From: Podarcis erhardii
Taxonomy: Eukaryota
Length of the DNA stretch: 64,000 nucleotides
NCBI GenBank assembly: GCA_964252035.1
Contig: OZ176204.1
Direction: 5' to 3' (one strand)
A program made the translations under genes and the position numbers. Below, piece after piece: positions 1 to 11,134 of the stretch. Position 1 is the first letter of the stretch. Every line of letters begins with the position of its first letter. The notes beneath the pieces are model-generated. The model saw only the letters and a program-made list of their open reading frames with translations. It did no database searches and had not been told where the DNA came from.

Positions 1-185
1 GAAAGTCTGAGACCTAGCTCAGACTTCTTTTCTCTACAACTGTAACTGTGACTACAAAATAAAGCCTGCCTTCAGGACAATACTGTGAACTGAATGTAAG
101 TAAACTTTATCATTACTTTTAAAAGAAGACTGTCATGTCATTATTCTTTTTAAGAGGGAACTAAAGGGGAAATTTACCAGGAACA
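1..185 (+). mobile_element. Possible 3' end of an LTR (truncated by the window edge)
   Basis: AATAAA at 58-63 followed by a U5-like stretch ending ...TTTACCAGGAACA at 185 (LTRs end in CA). No 5' end or TSD is visible. Confidence 0.3.
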
Positions 186-299
186 ATCCAATCTGGACAA
201 GCCAGACTGGATTGCTCAATTCAAATGATTCTAACAAATCCATCAACTAGCTTCCAGCAATGTGCAAGGGAATGTGCTCTGCTACTACTACTACTACTA

Positions 300-580
300 A
301 TAATAATAATTTATTATTTCTACCCGCCCATCTGGCTGGGTTTCCCCACCCACTCTGGGTGGCTTTCAACAGAACATTAAAAACAGAATAAAACTTCAGA
401 CATTAAAAACTTCCCTAAACAGGGCTGCCTTCAGATGTTAAGGTGTTCCACAGGGTGGGCACCACTACCGAGAAGGCCCTCTTCCTGGTTCCCTGTAACC
501 TCACTTCTTGCAGTGAGGGAACTGCCGGAAAGCCCTCGGCGCTGGACCTCAGTGTCCGGGCTGAACGATGGGGGTGGAGA
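300..580 (-). mobile_element. L2-type LINE 3' fragment
   Basis: Reverse complement of ~440-480 reads RAFSVVVPTLWNTL, resembling the L2 ORF2 C-terminal motif; A/T-rich simple-repeat tail at ~283-315. Confidence 0.7.
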
Positions 581-949
581 CTAGCTCACTAACGTGAGTG
601 AGGAAGGATAATATTTAATCAATATATCTTCTCCTACTATCCACAACATTCCCACACAGGGTTCCCTAACTTGATAGTGAGCAATGGGTCATCTCCACCC
701 CAGGTGGACTAAAAATTAAGTCCTGCTTATGAAGTTGTTGTGGGTGTTTGCAAATTCGTGGCTGGAAAGAGACCAAGTGAGAAGGGTGACTTGCACAGGG
801 GGACAAAAGGACGGGATTTTGAAATGAGGTCGAGTCTGCTGTTTAGACATCTTGACCATTCGGCAAAGGAGCAGTGGAGAGGGGGGTCATTATATTTCAG
901 TACAAAGAAATGGGAGTTGCTCAGTTTGTCTGCTTGTGGATCTTCACAG

Positions 950-3900
950 GCAGCAGACGGCCATCCTGGCAGACCTGGTGAAGGATGTGCCCTTGGAATT
1001 TGATTTCCTCTTCTCAGAATCACAGGCAGAAGTGATCTCTGGGAAGCAAGAAGGTAGGTGTTGGGCCAGAAAGGCTCGCTCACTCCATCATCACTGTGAT
1101 GAGGCTGCATTTTAATATTTTAATGTTTCAATATTTTAATGTTGTATTTTAATCTTTTTTTAAGTTGTATTCATTCAACTTGTTTTTATTATTGCTTGTT
1201 AGCTGCTCTGAGCCCGGCCTTGGCTGGGGCGGGCAGGGTATAAATAAATAAATAAATAAATAAGTTGTATTCATTCAACTTGTTTTTATTATTGCTTGTT
1301 AGCTGCTCTGAGCCCGGCCTTGGCTGGGGCGGGCAGGGTATAAATAAATAAATAATCATCATCTTAGGGAGTTTGGCAAAGGGTGAAGGGAGAGAGGGGG
1401 GAAGTTAGGTAGTGAGGCAGCACTGCGCAGGATCTGGGGGCTTAGCTAGCTGTTACACCAGCTTAACTTGCTGTTGGCGGTGCCTGCCCCTTGGGGCTGT
1501 TCCCTCCCCTCAAACTTCACAGGGTGCTACTCAAGTCCTGTACCTTCAAGGAACCCAACACTGCTTTTGATTCTCTTTCTTCCCCCACCCCCAATTTCCC
1601 AGGAGTCTATTCTTGGATAGGCATCAACTTTGTATTGGGAAGATTTGACCACGAAGAAGGTGAGACTGCGGGAAAGGGACAGTGGAGTTGAATGGGTAGG
1701 TAGAAGTTTTCTCTTTTGGCTCAGTTCCCTCTTGAGGGAGGGAATCTCCAGCACAGTTTGCTCGATTCCCAGCAGGAATGGAGATTTGGCTTTCCCACAT
1801 GACCTGAACTAAGGCCCCTTCCCATTCTGCAGTTTAGCAGGAGTGAAGGTGAGCAAGAGAGACGAGAACGGATCCCCACTTCTTCCCTAACTTCTGCCCC
1901 CCCCCGCCCCCCCAAACCCTAGACATTTCTAGTGTTCAGCCCAAGAGGTATGGGGATGTGCCATCTTCCATCTCCATCTTCCATTGCTTTGGAAACTCTC
2001 TCTTTCTCTTTCTCTTTCTCTCCCTCCCTCTGGGATTGTAGAGGAAGATGCAGTGATTTCTGTGACCCTGGCTGGCCAGGAAGAAACCCTGGTGCGAAAG
2101 AGGACTGTTGGGATCCTTGACATGGGAGGTGCCTCTCTGCAAATCGCCTATGAGGTGCCAACTTCCACGTCCTTCTCTTCCCCGCAGGAGGTGTGTAGTT
2201 TGGGAAGGAAATATGTGCTATGGTCCAGGTTGGGCACTGTTTCTTACTCCTGCTCTCCCTCCCCCGCCACTCTCCCCTCTGCTACCAACAGGAGGAAGCT
2301 GCCAAGAGCCTGCTTGCTGATTTCAACCTTGGCTGTGACATGCAACACACGAAGCACGTGTACCGAGTCTACGTCAGCACCTTCCTGGGCTTTGGGGGCA
2401 ACTACGCCCGACAGCGCTACGAAGAGCTGATGCTGAATCAGACCACCACCCGCAACAGGTGATGTCCTCATGCTGCCAGGTTTCAAAAGGTCTGGCTAAA
2501 GGCAGCTCTGGATTCCACTGCCCCCAGGAGTTCAGGGTGTGGCATCCTGGGAGAGAGTGTGTGTTTATTTGTAGGAGGCAGGCTCCCTGAGTGATGAGAT
2601 CAATGGGAGAAGTTTTTGATGGTCCGCATGCATACCTCTAGCCTGTTTCGGGTTGGCACAGAAGAACTCACCAATCATAACTTGCCGCTGGGGGTGTCTG
2701 TGTTTTCCCAACCCTGAAGTTTAGGCTCTTGTTGCAGGTTGCAGGGTGAGCAGCTTGGCGCAAATGCTGGGGTGCCCGTCTTGGACCCCTGCCTGCCTGT
2801 GGGACTGGAGGATGTTGTGGAGCATGGCGGACAGACCCTGCACATCAAGGGCCAGGGGGACTGGCAGTCGTGCGCGAAGCAAGTGCGCCTCCTGCTGGCG
2901 GGAGACAACAGAACCACGGTCTCTCTGCGCAACACCTATCAGGCACCAATTGACTTTGTTAACAGCGAATTCTATGGGTTCTCTGAATTCTACTACTGCA
3001 CCGAAGATGTGCTGCGCCTGGGAGGACTGTACCACATGCCCACGTTCACACGCGCTGCCCAGGTGACTCTAGAATATGTGATCACTTTGCCAGGATAAGG
3101 GGGTGTTGTTTCTGTGCCCACTCATGTCTTTTGCCTCCTTCCAGGATTTTTGCAGCCTGAGCTGGTCCTTATTGACCCAGAGGTTCCGAGACCACCTATA
3201 CTCAGCACATGCAGATCTGCACCGTGTCAAGTAAGAATCCATTCTTTCTTTTCACAGAGAATGTGCTTGGTCCTTAACTCTTCTTCCATGGGCGGTGAAG
3301 GGGTGGGGGTAAGATTGCCCCCCAGCAGACTTCTCAACTGATGAGCCTCAGTCCAGCGTATTTGTGATGGAGTCTCTATGCTCTGCTTGCAGGTACCAGT
3401 GCTTCAAATCAGCATGGATGCACCAAGTGCTACACGAAGGCTTTCATTTCCCCATGGATTATTCTGGTCTGCGCACAGCCCAGTTGGTGTATGATCGTGA
3501 GGTACAATGGACACTGGGAGCCATTCTCTATAAAACTCGCTTTCTGCCACTCAGGTAACCTAAATTGCTGCCCACTACATGTTTTCTCATCTTAAGAGTG
3601 GTAGAGTTCTTTTGGTTACTTCAGAATCAGTCTTTCAAACAAGGTCTTCAGTAAAGAACTGGACCATGGCACTTGACTAGGAGTAAAATGCCGGTTTTCT
3701 AGCCCCAATTAGAGTGTTCAGTCATATTAATATGTGAACTTGGGAGTAAGCCTCACAGAGTTCAAGATGAGGAGGGCTTACTCTCAATAAGTATGCATAG
3801 AATTGAGCTTGAAACATGGAGGAGTTCAGTACTCTGTGTTTAGTCTGAAGTTGCATTTTTTAAACTTGAGAAAGCAAGTGATCTGCCAGCAGAGCTTTTC

Positions 3901-4498
3901 TGAAAGAAAAACAAAACAACAGAAAAGGAGAAAGCAGAGGCATGCAGAGACCTGGTTTGTTTTTAAGAGGTACGTAAGGGAGAGACATCAAAAGCACCCT
4001 CAATGAAGCACAGAGCCTGCGTGAAAAGGAAGGATCCTTTATCAGTAGGCAACATGGTGTCTTAAACCATTAAACTAAACCTATGTTTTCGACATCTCTC
4101 ATCTATTTACAAATGGACTGTACAAATGGACTGGCCTGAGAAAAGCCAGGTATTTGGAAATCATACTTAATTGCAGTATCTGGAATGCTTCTGTCTGCTA
4201 GTTGCAAGAGATTCAAGCTTAGCGCAGCTTCACATTTTAACTTCAGACTGATTTTTCTTTGTTTTTCAGGGATCTCCGCCAGGAGAGCATCCACCAACCT
4301 CGCAGCCCTTGGCTCCGTCTCTCCTTTGTTTATAACCACTACCTTTTTTTTGTGTGCATTCTTGTGGTGATGCTTGCAATTGGACTCTACCTCTTCCGTC
4401 TGCGCCGCATCCACCAGAAGCAGTTGCACGTGGCACAGCTGGACCTGCTGTGGCTAGCAGAAGTGGTGCCGCTGCCAGCACAGGAGGCAGCCTCCTGA
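950..4498 (+). CDS. ENTPD7: Ectonucleoside triphosphate diphosphohydrolase 7, 5'-partial (last 8 coding exons, ~425 aa)
   Basis: Exons 950-1053, 1603-1659, 2042-2190, 2292-2458, 2738-3062, 3145-3230, 3393-3554, 4270-4498 (TGA); all GT-AG and phase-consistent. Apyrase motifs GKQEGVYSWIGINF and DMGGASLQI. C-terminal TM followed by RLRRIH..LDLLWLAEVVP, which matches ENTPD7 rather than ENTPD4. Confidence 0.96.
1161..1355 (+). repeat. Exact 100-bp-period tandem duplication of a LINE-like 3' tail
   Basis: 1161-1255 is identical to 1261-1355; each copy ends in (TAAA)n. Confidence 0.9.
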
Positions 4499-5562
4499 CA
4501 AAAGAACTACCTCTCAGTGAACTCTCTCCATGTCTGCCCTATTGGCAGTGGCTTTTAATGGGCCAGAAGCTGTGATTCTCTTGCGGGCTAGTCCAGAATT
4601 CTGCAGGACTCCAGTCCAACCCCAGAGCCTAAACAGTGTCTGCTCCGACTTGCCCCTAACCCAAGCCGCTCAACCCTAATGGACTCTAGATTTTCCTCCG
4701 TGGCTGAAATCCCCAGCCACTGTGGGAGAATCACGCTGCAGGTGTTGTGAGGCAAGGGAAGCTGATCTCTGTTACCCTTGACAGTGGGCAAAAGGCAGCA
4801 TAGCTGAAAGTGACCAAAGAAACTTGATTTACTCAGGAAGGGAGGGAGAAGGACCTTGTGTGGCCAAGAACTGGACAGCTCTCCCGCAAAAGGAAAGAAA
4901 GTGGTTCTTTCTGGTGCTTTACTATGAGCACGCCCCCCCCTACTTCTGTTGATGTCTGTGATAGGACCAAAAAAGGAGTCGTGCAAACAGGATTCCTTGA
5001 GGGTAAGAAATAACCTTTTAAAAAAACCAAGGCAGATATTTTGCTGCCTTCCTTCACACTCCTCCCCACAAATACATTTTGCACAAACTCCTTTCAAATC
5101 CCACATTTACCCATCATTCAGTGTGTCTCAGTGCTGTTGTCCCAGCACTGGGGCTTCCAGCAGTTCCAAGTTTCACAGAAGACCACCTTGAACTGTGGAA
5201 CGCTGTCTCTGGTACTTGTTTTAACAACACCTAGCCCATAAACTCAATCAACTATGGGCTAAGTTAAATTATGAATTTGTTTTCATACTTGAACTCCAGT
5301 TACTGTAGCAATAAATTATGCTGAACTGTGTAAGCAGAGTTTCTTGATGCTAGTTGTGCTGGAAGCTTGTTGGTTGGTGTAGCTGGTTGGTTTTACTAGC
5401 TGTAAAAACCATAATTTCTCACCTGTGCTCAAGAATGAGAACCAATCTACAATTGTAGGCCAAAGGAAAAGAACTTGCTTTATTGCTGTATCATCCTGAA
5501 CACAATAGGGTTACTATCATAAATCCTAGTCTGGAAATTTGCAGTGGCTTAGTTGCTTACAC

Positions 5563-5888
5563 CAGTGTTTTTCAACCTTTTTTGGGCAAAGGCACACTTG
5601 TTTCATGAAAAAAATCACGAGGCACACCACCATTAGAAAATGTTAAAAAATTTAACTCTGTGCCTATATTGACTATATATAAAGTAATTCTCTTGAATAG
5701 GAATCAAATAAACACAAAGAAAGTATTTTATAATTACTTTATTATGAAATAGTAAGTAAACAGAAATATGAAAAATTATAAAATACTTTATTTTTAAATC
5801 TTTCGAATTTTTCAATTTTTCCCACGGCACACCAGGCAACATCTCGCGGCACACTAGTGTGCCGCGGAACAGTGGTTGAAAAACACTG
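5563..5888. mobile_element. Non-autonomous hAT (Charlie-like) MITE, 326 bp
   Basis: Perfect 15-bp TIRs CAGTGTTTTTCAACC / GGTTGAAAAACACTG; perfect 8-bp TSD GCTTACAC at 5555-5562 and 5889-5896; repeated subterminal GGCACAC; 22-bp palindrome at 5845-5866. Confidence 0.92.
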
Positions 5889-6080
5889 GCTTACACCACC
5901 TGGAGAGTTTACTGAAGTGCTCCTTGTCAGGAAACACAGACCACTTTTGATTTCAGCCCAATACCAATTAGATGCTATGGATAGAGGCTGGAGTATTACC
6001 CTGGCTGAATTTCAAGCACTTCTGGGCCCCATATCAGATGCCTTTAACAAAAGACAAAGAAAGCTCACATACTAAAAAAA

Positions 6081-6086
6081 TTTATT
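6081..6086 (-). terminator. Candidate polyadenylation signal for ATP6V0E2
   Basis: TTTATT on + (AATAAA on -), downstream of the putative 3'UTR exon that starts at 6561. Other candidates lie near 6221 and 5478. Confidence 0.4.
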
Positions 6087-6957
6087 TTCACGATACCAGT
6101 TTACACTCAATAAATACAAATACACAACATTATAAATAATAGTGGAAGGGGGAATTCTAGGCAAATGCATCCTAGTGCAGCAGCCTCAGTGCTAATGGAC
6201 AAAAATAGGGAGAGAACAGATTTATTGGGTGAGCATCACCATGTAAAAGTGAGGAAGGTGTCCAGAGTTCCATCAGCAATTATTCAATCTTAGCGCTCAT
6301 TACAGGACTTTCAAAATGCAAACATTTTCCCTAACTGCCAAGAGAGGAATATTTAGTTACAACATCAAACCCAAGAGCAGATGCCACCAAGATGCATCAA
6401 TTAAAACAGGTGGGAGATGGTTAAACAAGTGAAATGGTCCCTTCATATGTTTGGGTCTTAGCCCTATGCTGTGGGGAAATTTAGAGTGCAAACAAAAGAT
6501 CCATTGAGTTAGTACTGGAAAGGACAAGGGGTGGAGCTGTTATCTAGCATCAGAAGGAAGCCTAGGAAAAAGAGAAAAAGATTTCTTAGTATTGACCTTA
6601 CCCCAGCAGGATAGAAGATATCTGGGAACAATCAACCTGTTGCCCTTTCAGTGAGATTTACCATAGCTACCTTTTACATACAATGAGAAAGTGACCTGTC
6701 CTATAGAACCACAGAGTGGCAACACTATTGGAGACAGATTACAGGTACCTTTCTGGTTCTATTGGTTAAGCCAGGGATGGGACCTGTGATTCTCATGTGG
6801 CTGGACTATGATCCCTGACTGGCTATACTGGCTTGGGCTAATAGGAGTCAGAATCTAATAATATCTAGAGAACCATAAGTTCCCCATCCCTGGGCTATGC
6901 CGTTGGCAGGTGAGTCGGGCAAGGAACCCAGGATGGGAATCTTTGTAAACTGGAAGC

Positions 6958-7382
6958 CAGCGGCGTAGTGTGGGTTCGGGGCAAGGCAAGTAATTTGCGC
7001 CCCCTAACCCGGGGCAAGGCAAGTAATTTGCGCCCCTAACCCCTAACCTGCCGCCGCTGCCAGCTTCTTCTTGCTGCTGCCTGGGCTGGTCGGGTGTGGT
7101 TCTCTCCCGCGCTGAGCGCTGTGCTGGGCGGCCGCTGCACTGTTCCTCCCCCAGATAGTCCCTCCCTCGCTCTCCACTCCGCACCGCAACGCACGCCCGG
7201 CACCCTCCCCCTCCACAGTGGGCGGCGACCCGGCAGCTCGGATCGGATTCGGACAGCCAGCACTGCAGTGAGAGAGAGTGAGCCAGGTAGGGGCAGAGAG
7301 CTGCGAGTGCGAGCGCGCCCCCCCCCCAAAATATTGCGCCCGGTGCGGCTGGCCCCCCTGCACCCCCCACGCTACGCCACTG
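6958..7382. mobile_element. Non-autonomous hAT-type element with GC-rich interior, 425 bp
   Basis: Imperfect 17-bp TIRs CAGCGGCGTAGTGTGGG / CCCACGCTACGCCACTG; perfect 8-bp TSD CTGGAAGC at 6950-6957 and 7383-7390; subterminal direct repeat GGGGCAAGGCAAGTAATTTGCGCCCC x2. Confidence 0.88.
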
Positions 7383-7515
7383 CTGGAAGCAAGTAGATTC
7401 CTTGTTCTTACAAGCTATTAATGAGTTGCATCTAATGTATTTGTGTGTTAGTAAGGTAGGTTAGGTAGCGCTGGATAGAGAAAGTACCTGTTGAATTGGT
7501 TGATAGTGGTGCAGT

Positions 7516-9270
7516 TCACTCCCACAGGAAGCGCACATACCAGATGGTCTCATTCTTCAGCTGGGGTCCAAACAGCGGGTTGGCCTGGGCCAGGAGTGCT
7601 ATAAGCCAGCTGCAAGGGAAAGATAGGAAGGAGACATATAAACTGGATCACAACTCCTTTTGTACTAGTGCTGAAATACAAAAAGTCATATTTTGCCACT
7701 AACTGCTAGGTCATTTTTGCAAGTAACAGTTATTCTTATAAAGAGGACAGTGTCACTGTAGGAGGGATATACAATCTAGGGAGCAAGGTCTTCTAGTTCT
7801 TTAAATGTACTACAAGGAGATAAGATCTGCCCTGGTGCATTATGCCTGAGAGTGTGTAGCTTAGCATAACAGCTGAGCCAGACAGGATGTTAGGGCAGCT
7901 AGAACAGTCTAGTGCTTTGGTGTATGATCAGAGATGGTCTAAGGCTTGTTATGGGATGCAAAATCCACTCCTTGTTCATATGTGGGGTCCTGGGAGCATC
8001 ATGCATGAATGATGCTAGGACATATTGGAAGAGACAGTGTACCATGATCCAAGATTACCCAAAAGCTTATTTTATGAAAGAGATGCAGGCTGTTTATGCA
8101 CCTATGTGTAGAATAAGGACCTGGCAACTGTGAAGCAACTTGAGCATCTCTAAGGTGGTGTATACAGGAGAGCTTCTTCTATTTGGGATTCCTTCCTAGA
8201 TTCCCAATATTCATGAAGCAGCCACTTAGATAAAGTTATGAGGGTGGTTGGTTTCCTGCTGGGTACAACCCAGCCCTACACCCACAACCCATCTCCCCTA
8301 TGCAATACTCACAAGAGATAGCAGGAAATGGCTGTAGTCACCAACATGGTAATAATTACTCTGTGAAGTGAAAAAATGAAAAAGAAAAAAGATTGAGTAA
8401 AGCTGCAAGCCTAACCCTACTTACCTGAGAGTAAACCCCACTGAATATATTAGGAATTACTTCTGAGTAGACATGGATAGGATTGTGCTGTTACTGAAAC
8501 AGTCAAGCAGGTCACACAGGAGAAAGGATTCCCAGATCAGGCACTCCTCAACGCTCTTCCTCCCTGCTCCCACACCCGGACTCCTATATACCATGTTCAT
8601 AAGAGAAAAATACCCTAGCCCAGCCCTTTGGCTGCTATACTAGTTTGCTATTTGCAGGGTCGCTGGTGTTTCCAACGTGAGGTAGCACTCATAAATGTGA
8701 TCCCCCCCCCCCCGACATGGCAGTCTGAAGCGATGCAGAGTCCCCTGTTCATAGCATCCGTGGATCAGGCCTCCTTCAAGGCCAAAGGCGGCTGCAGAGA
8801 AGGAAAGCCTGCGAGTGTCGCACTTGCGGGGGAAGCGGGTGCAGGTCCCTGCTAAAGATTTTGTGTGTGTCATGTCATCTCCCAATATATCAATATCTCT
8901 ATACAGTGATCTTTTTGGATATATAGGTCATTCTCACATATCTATCTATCTATCTATCTGTCTGTCTGTCTGTCAATCAATCAATCAATCAATCATCTAC
9001 AGTATCTAGATCTAGATCTAGATATTCTCAAAGCCTTTAGCAGGGACCACCATCACCCTTCCCTCGCAATTATAGATCACAATGCATATATTGATCTATC
9101 TGGCGATGACCGAGAGACCTGGCGACGGATCGGGCGGGCGGAGGCTGCGCGGACGGGGAGCCTCACCCGCGGTTGGGCCCCTTGGGCACGAGCCACGGCC
9201 CGGCGATTCCCACGAGCCCCCAGAAGACGGAGAAGAGGATGATCGGCAGCGCGAAGCTGTGCGCCGTCAT
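7516..9270 (-). CDS. ATP6V0E2: V-type proton ATPase subunit e2, complete, 81 aa
   Basis: Minus-strand exons 9270-9167 (104 bp), 8360-8313 (48 bp), 7609-7516 (94 bp incl. TGA), all GT-AG. Spliced product: [81 protein letters not shown]. The MTAHSFALP start and YVRFLWE end are e2-type (e1 has MAYHGLTVP and YLKYHWP). Confidence 0.97.
8941..9022. repeat. Compound microsatellite (TCTA)n(TCTG)n(TCAA)n plus (TCTAGA)n
   Basis: Read directly from the sequence; lies in ATP6V0E2 intron 1. Confidence 0.9.
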
Positions 9271-9560
9271 AGCGAGGCGGGTTGGGAGCGACCGACGGGA
9301 TGAAGGACAGGAGGCCGCCGCCGAAACCGCAAGAGTGAGTCTCCGCTCCTCCGCCTGTCTCTTCCTTCGCTTCTGGTCCGGTCCGCAACCAATCAGAACT
9401 CCGTGCGCCCCCTCCGGTGTTTTCCCCCCTTCGCCACCCCGTATTTTGGAGCCTCGGTTCCGAATGGAGCTGCCTGTGTCATACCGCCCCCTGCTGCCTC
9501 GGAGGGTGTATTGCGAGGAGCGGAGAAGGCAGGTCGAATCCTACTAGAGCTGTTGCAGGC
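9090..9560 (-). promoter_or_regulatory. CpG island / ATP6V0E2 promoter with CCAAT box
   Basis: High GC and CpG density around exon 1; AACCAATCAG with CCAAT at 9389-9393, about 120 bp upstream of the ATG. Confidence 0.75.
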
Positions 9561-10596
9561 ATGGGCATCGTATAGGCGTCCACTGGGGTTGGGGGTAGTT
9601 GCTCCCTCTAATGAGCCATGATCACCAGATTTACAGGTTTCTACTCCCCACCCCCTTGCTCTACAGAAAGGTTATAAAATTTGTAGACCCAGATATGAAC
9701 AAAAATCTGCAGGCACCAATCTTCACTTCTATTTTTTGAGAAAACTTACCCCTCCAACCTTTCAGGGTTTCTATCCATTTTAGACCATTTCTATACTACT
9801 TAAAATATACAAAAAATCCTCTAAGTGGTGTACAGAAAACAAGCTGATCAGAAAATTTTATGAATATGATGTTATGTATAAAAATGTTGCATTAGTGCAA
9901 CTTTACTAATACATAGAAACCAGTATCAGTTCCTTCTCCTTCTGACACCCATCCCCTCTCAGTATCCTGGCTCTCACTAAGCTCATTCATTGGTTTCTAG
10001 CTAATGAATGAAGCAATGGATGACATTAAAGAAACTAGATCTAGCCAATTTAATACTTGAGTGAAACACCTGTGTCTCCGCTCTTGGTTTGGTTTAAAGC
10101 ATCTTATGCCGGTCTTCACTGCTGGTGAAGTGAATGCTACCCCACTGAAAACAAGTCGGGTATCCAATACTGACAAGTAATGTATAAAAGAAAAATGTAG
10201 CAGCAAAGACAGTAAGTAGTCCATCATCTTTCAGAGTCACATTTTATAGCAAAAAATGTCCCCACCCCACCCCCCGCATCAGCAAACACTTTAAAAGATA
10301 CTCTGCTGACAACCTGCCATAATTATACCAATATTGAAGCAGGCTGGGCTGGGGCTGATTTCATGTTAGCCTCATTTTGCCGAGAAGCAGCGGTAGGGAT
10401 CTGCAGTAGTGTAGTACAACTCTGAATTGTAGGGTACATGATAGGGCTTTTTAGGGAAATGAAGCAAAGTGGGAGACTGTGATGTTGAGTGCAGCAGCAC
10501 TGCCCAGGAAAGAATTAAGGGCTTCAGCAATGAGTGAAAAGCCATCTACCCATTGTAGCAGGTCAACCCACTGAGAAGGAAAGGGATAGATGTGTA

Positions 10597-10779
10597 ATAC
10601 GGGGTTAAGCACTTAATTCGTTTCGGAGGCCTGTTCTTAACCTGAAGCACCACTTTAGCTAATGGGGCCTCCTGCTGCTGCCGCGCCGCTGGAACACGAT
10701 TTCTGTTCTTATCACGAAGCACTATTTTTGGCTTAGTGGAGTGTGTAACCTGAAGCGTATGTAACCCGAGGTACCACTG
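10597..10779. mobile_element. Tc1/mariner-type MITE, degenerate copy (family also at 28619 and 61493)
   Basis: Right end ...AACCCGAGGTACCACTG+TA; shares the core GAAGCACCACTTTAGCTAATGGGGCCTCCTGCTGC with the other two copies; has internal deletions. Confidence 0.8.
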
Positions 10780-11128
10780 TACAAGTTTCTCAGGGGTCTA
10801 CCCAAGTTTAGGAAGTCACCTGATCCACCAGAATTGTTATATATGTTCTCTGCTGCTAGTTATGCTTATTTACTCATTTGCAACATTTACTCTCCCCCTC
10901 CCCTCCCCAGAAAAAGTCCTTTGTGGATGGTGGTGTTAATGAAACGTGTTCCAAATCAACCCACTCATGTGCCTGCTTGAAAGCTGCCACAGGCAACCGG
11001 TTGACCACTGAGAACAAGATGATGGACTCGATGGGGCCTTTGGTTTGCTGCAGCAGCTTCTTATAAAGGTACACTGCATAGGGACATTGTAAGAACAGTC
11101 AATTTTAAAATACTTATTGAGAAACTTT

Positions 11129-11134
11129 TTTATT
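11129..11134 (-). terminator. Candidate COX15 polyadenylation signal
   Basis: TTTATT on + (AATAAA on -), about 530 bp after the COX15 stop, in a U-rich context. Confidence 0.5.

Noticed and set aside
184-214. 13-bp-stem hairpin CAATCCAATCTGG / CCAGACTGGATTG
   Set aside because: Single, short and imperfect, with no supporting context; it could be chance.
6855-7370. 171-aa and overlapping GC-rich ORFs as a novel gene
   Set aside because: They lie almost entirely within the hAT insertion, are low-complexity and have no recognisable domain; stop-poor GC-rich DNA explains them.
9077-9547. ORFs 9077..9388 (-), 9082..9303 (+) and 9173..9547 (+)
   Set aside because: These are CpG-island by-products; the real coding frame is ATP6V0E2 exon 1 (9270-9167) in a different minus-strand frame.
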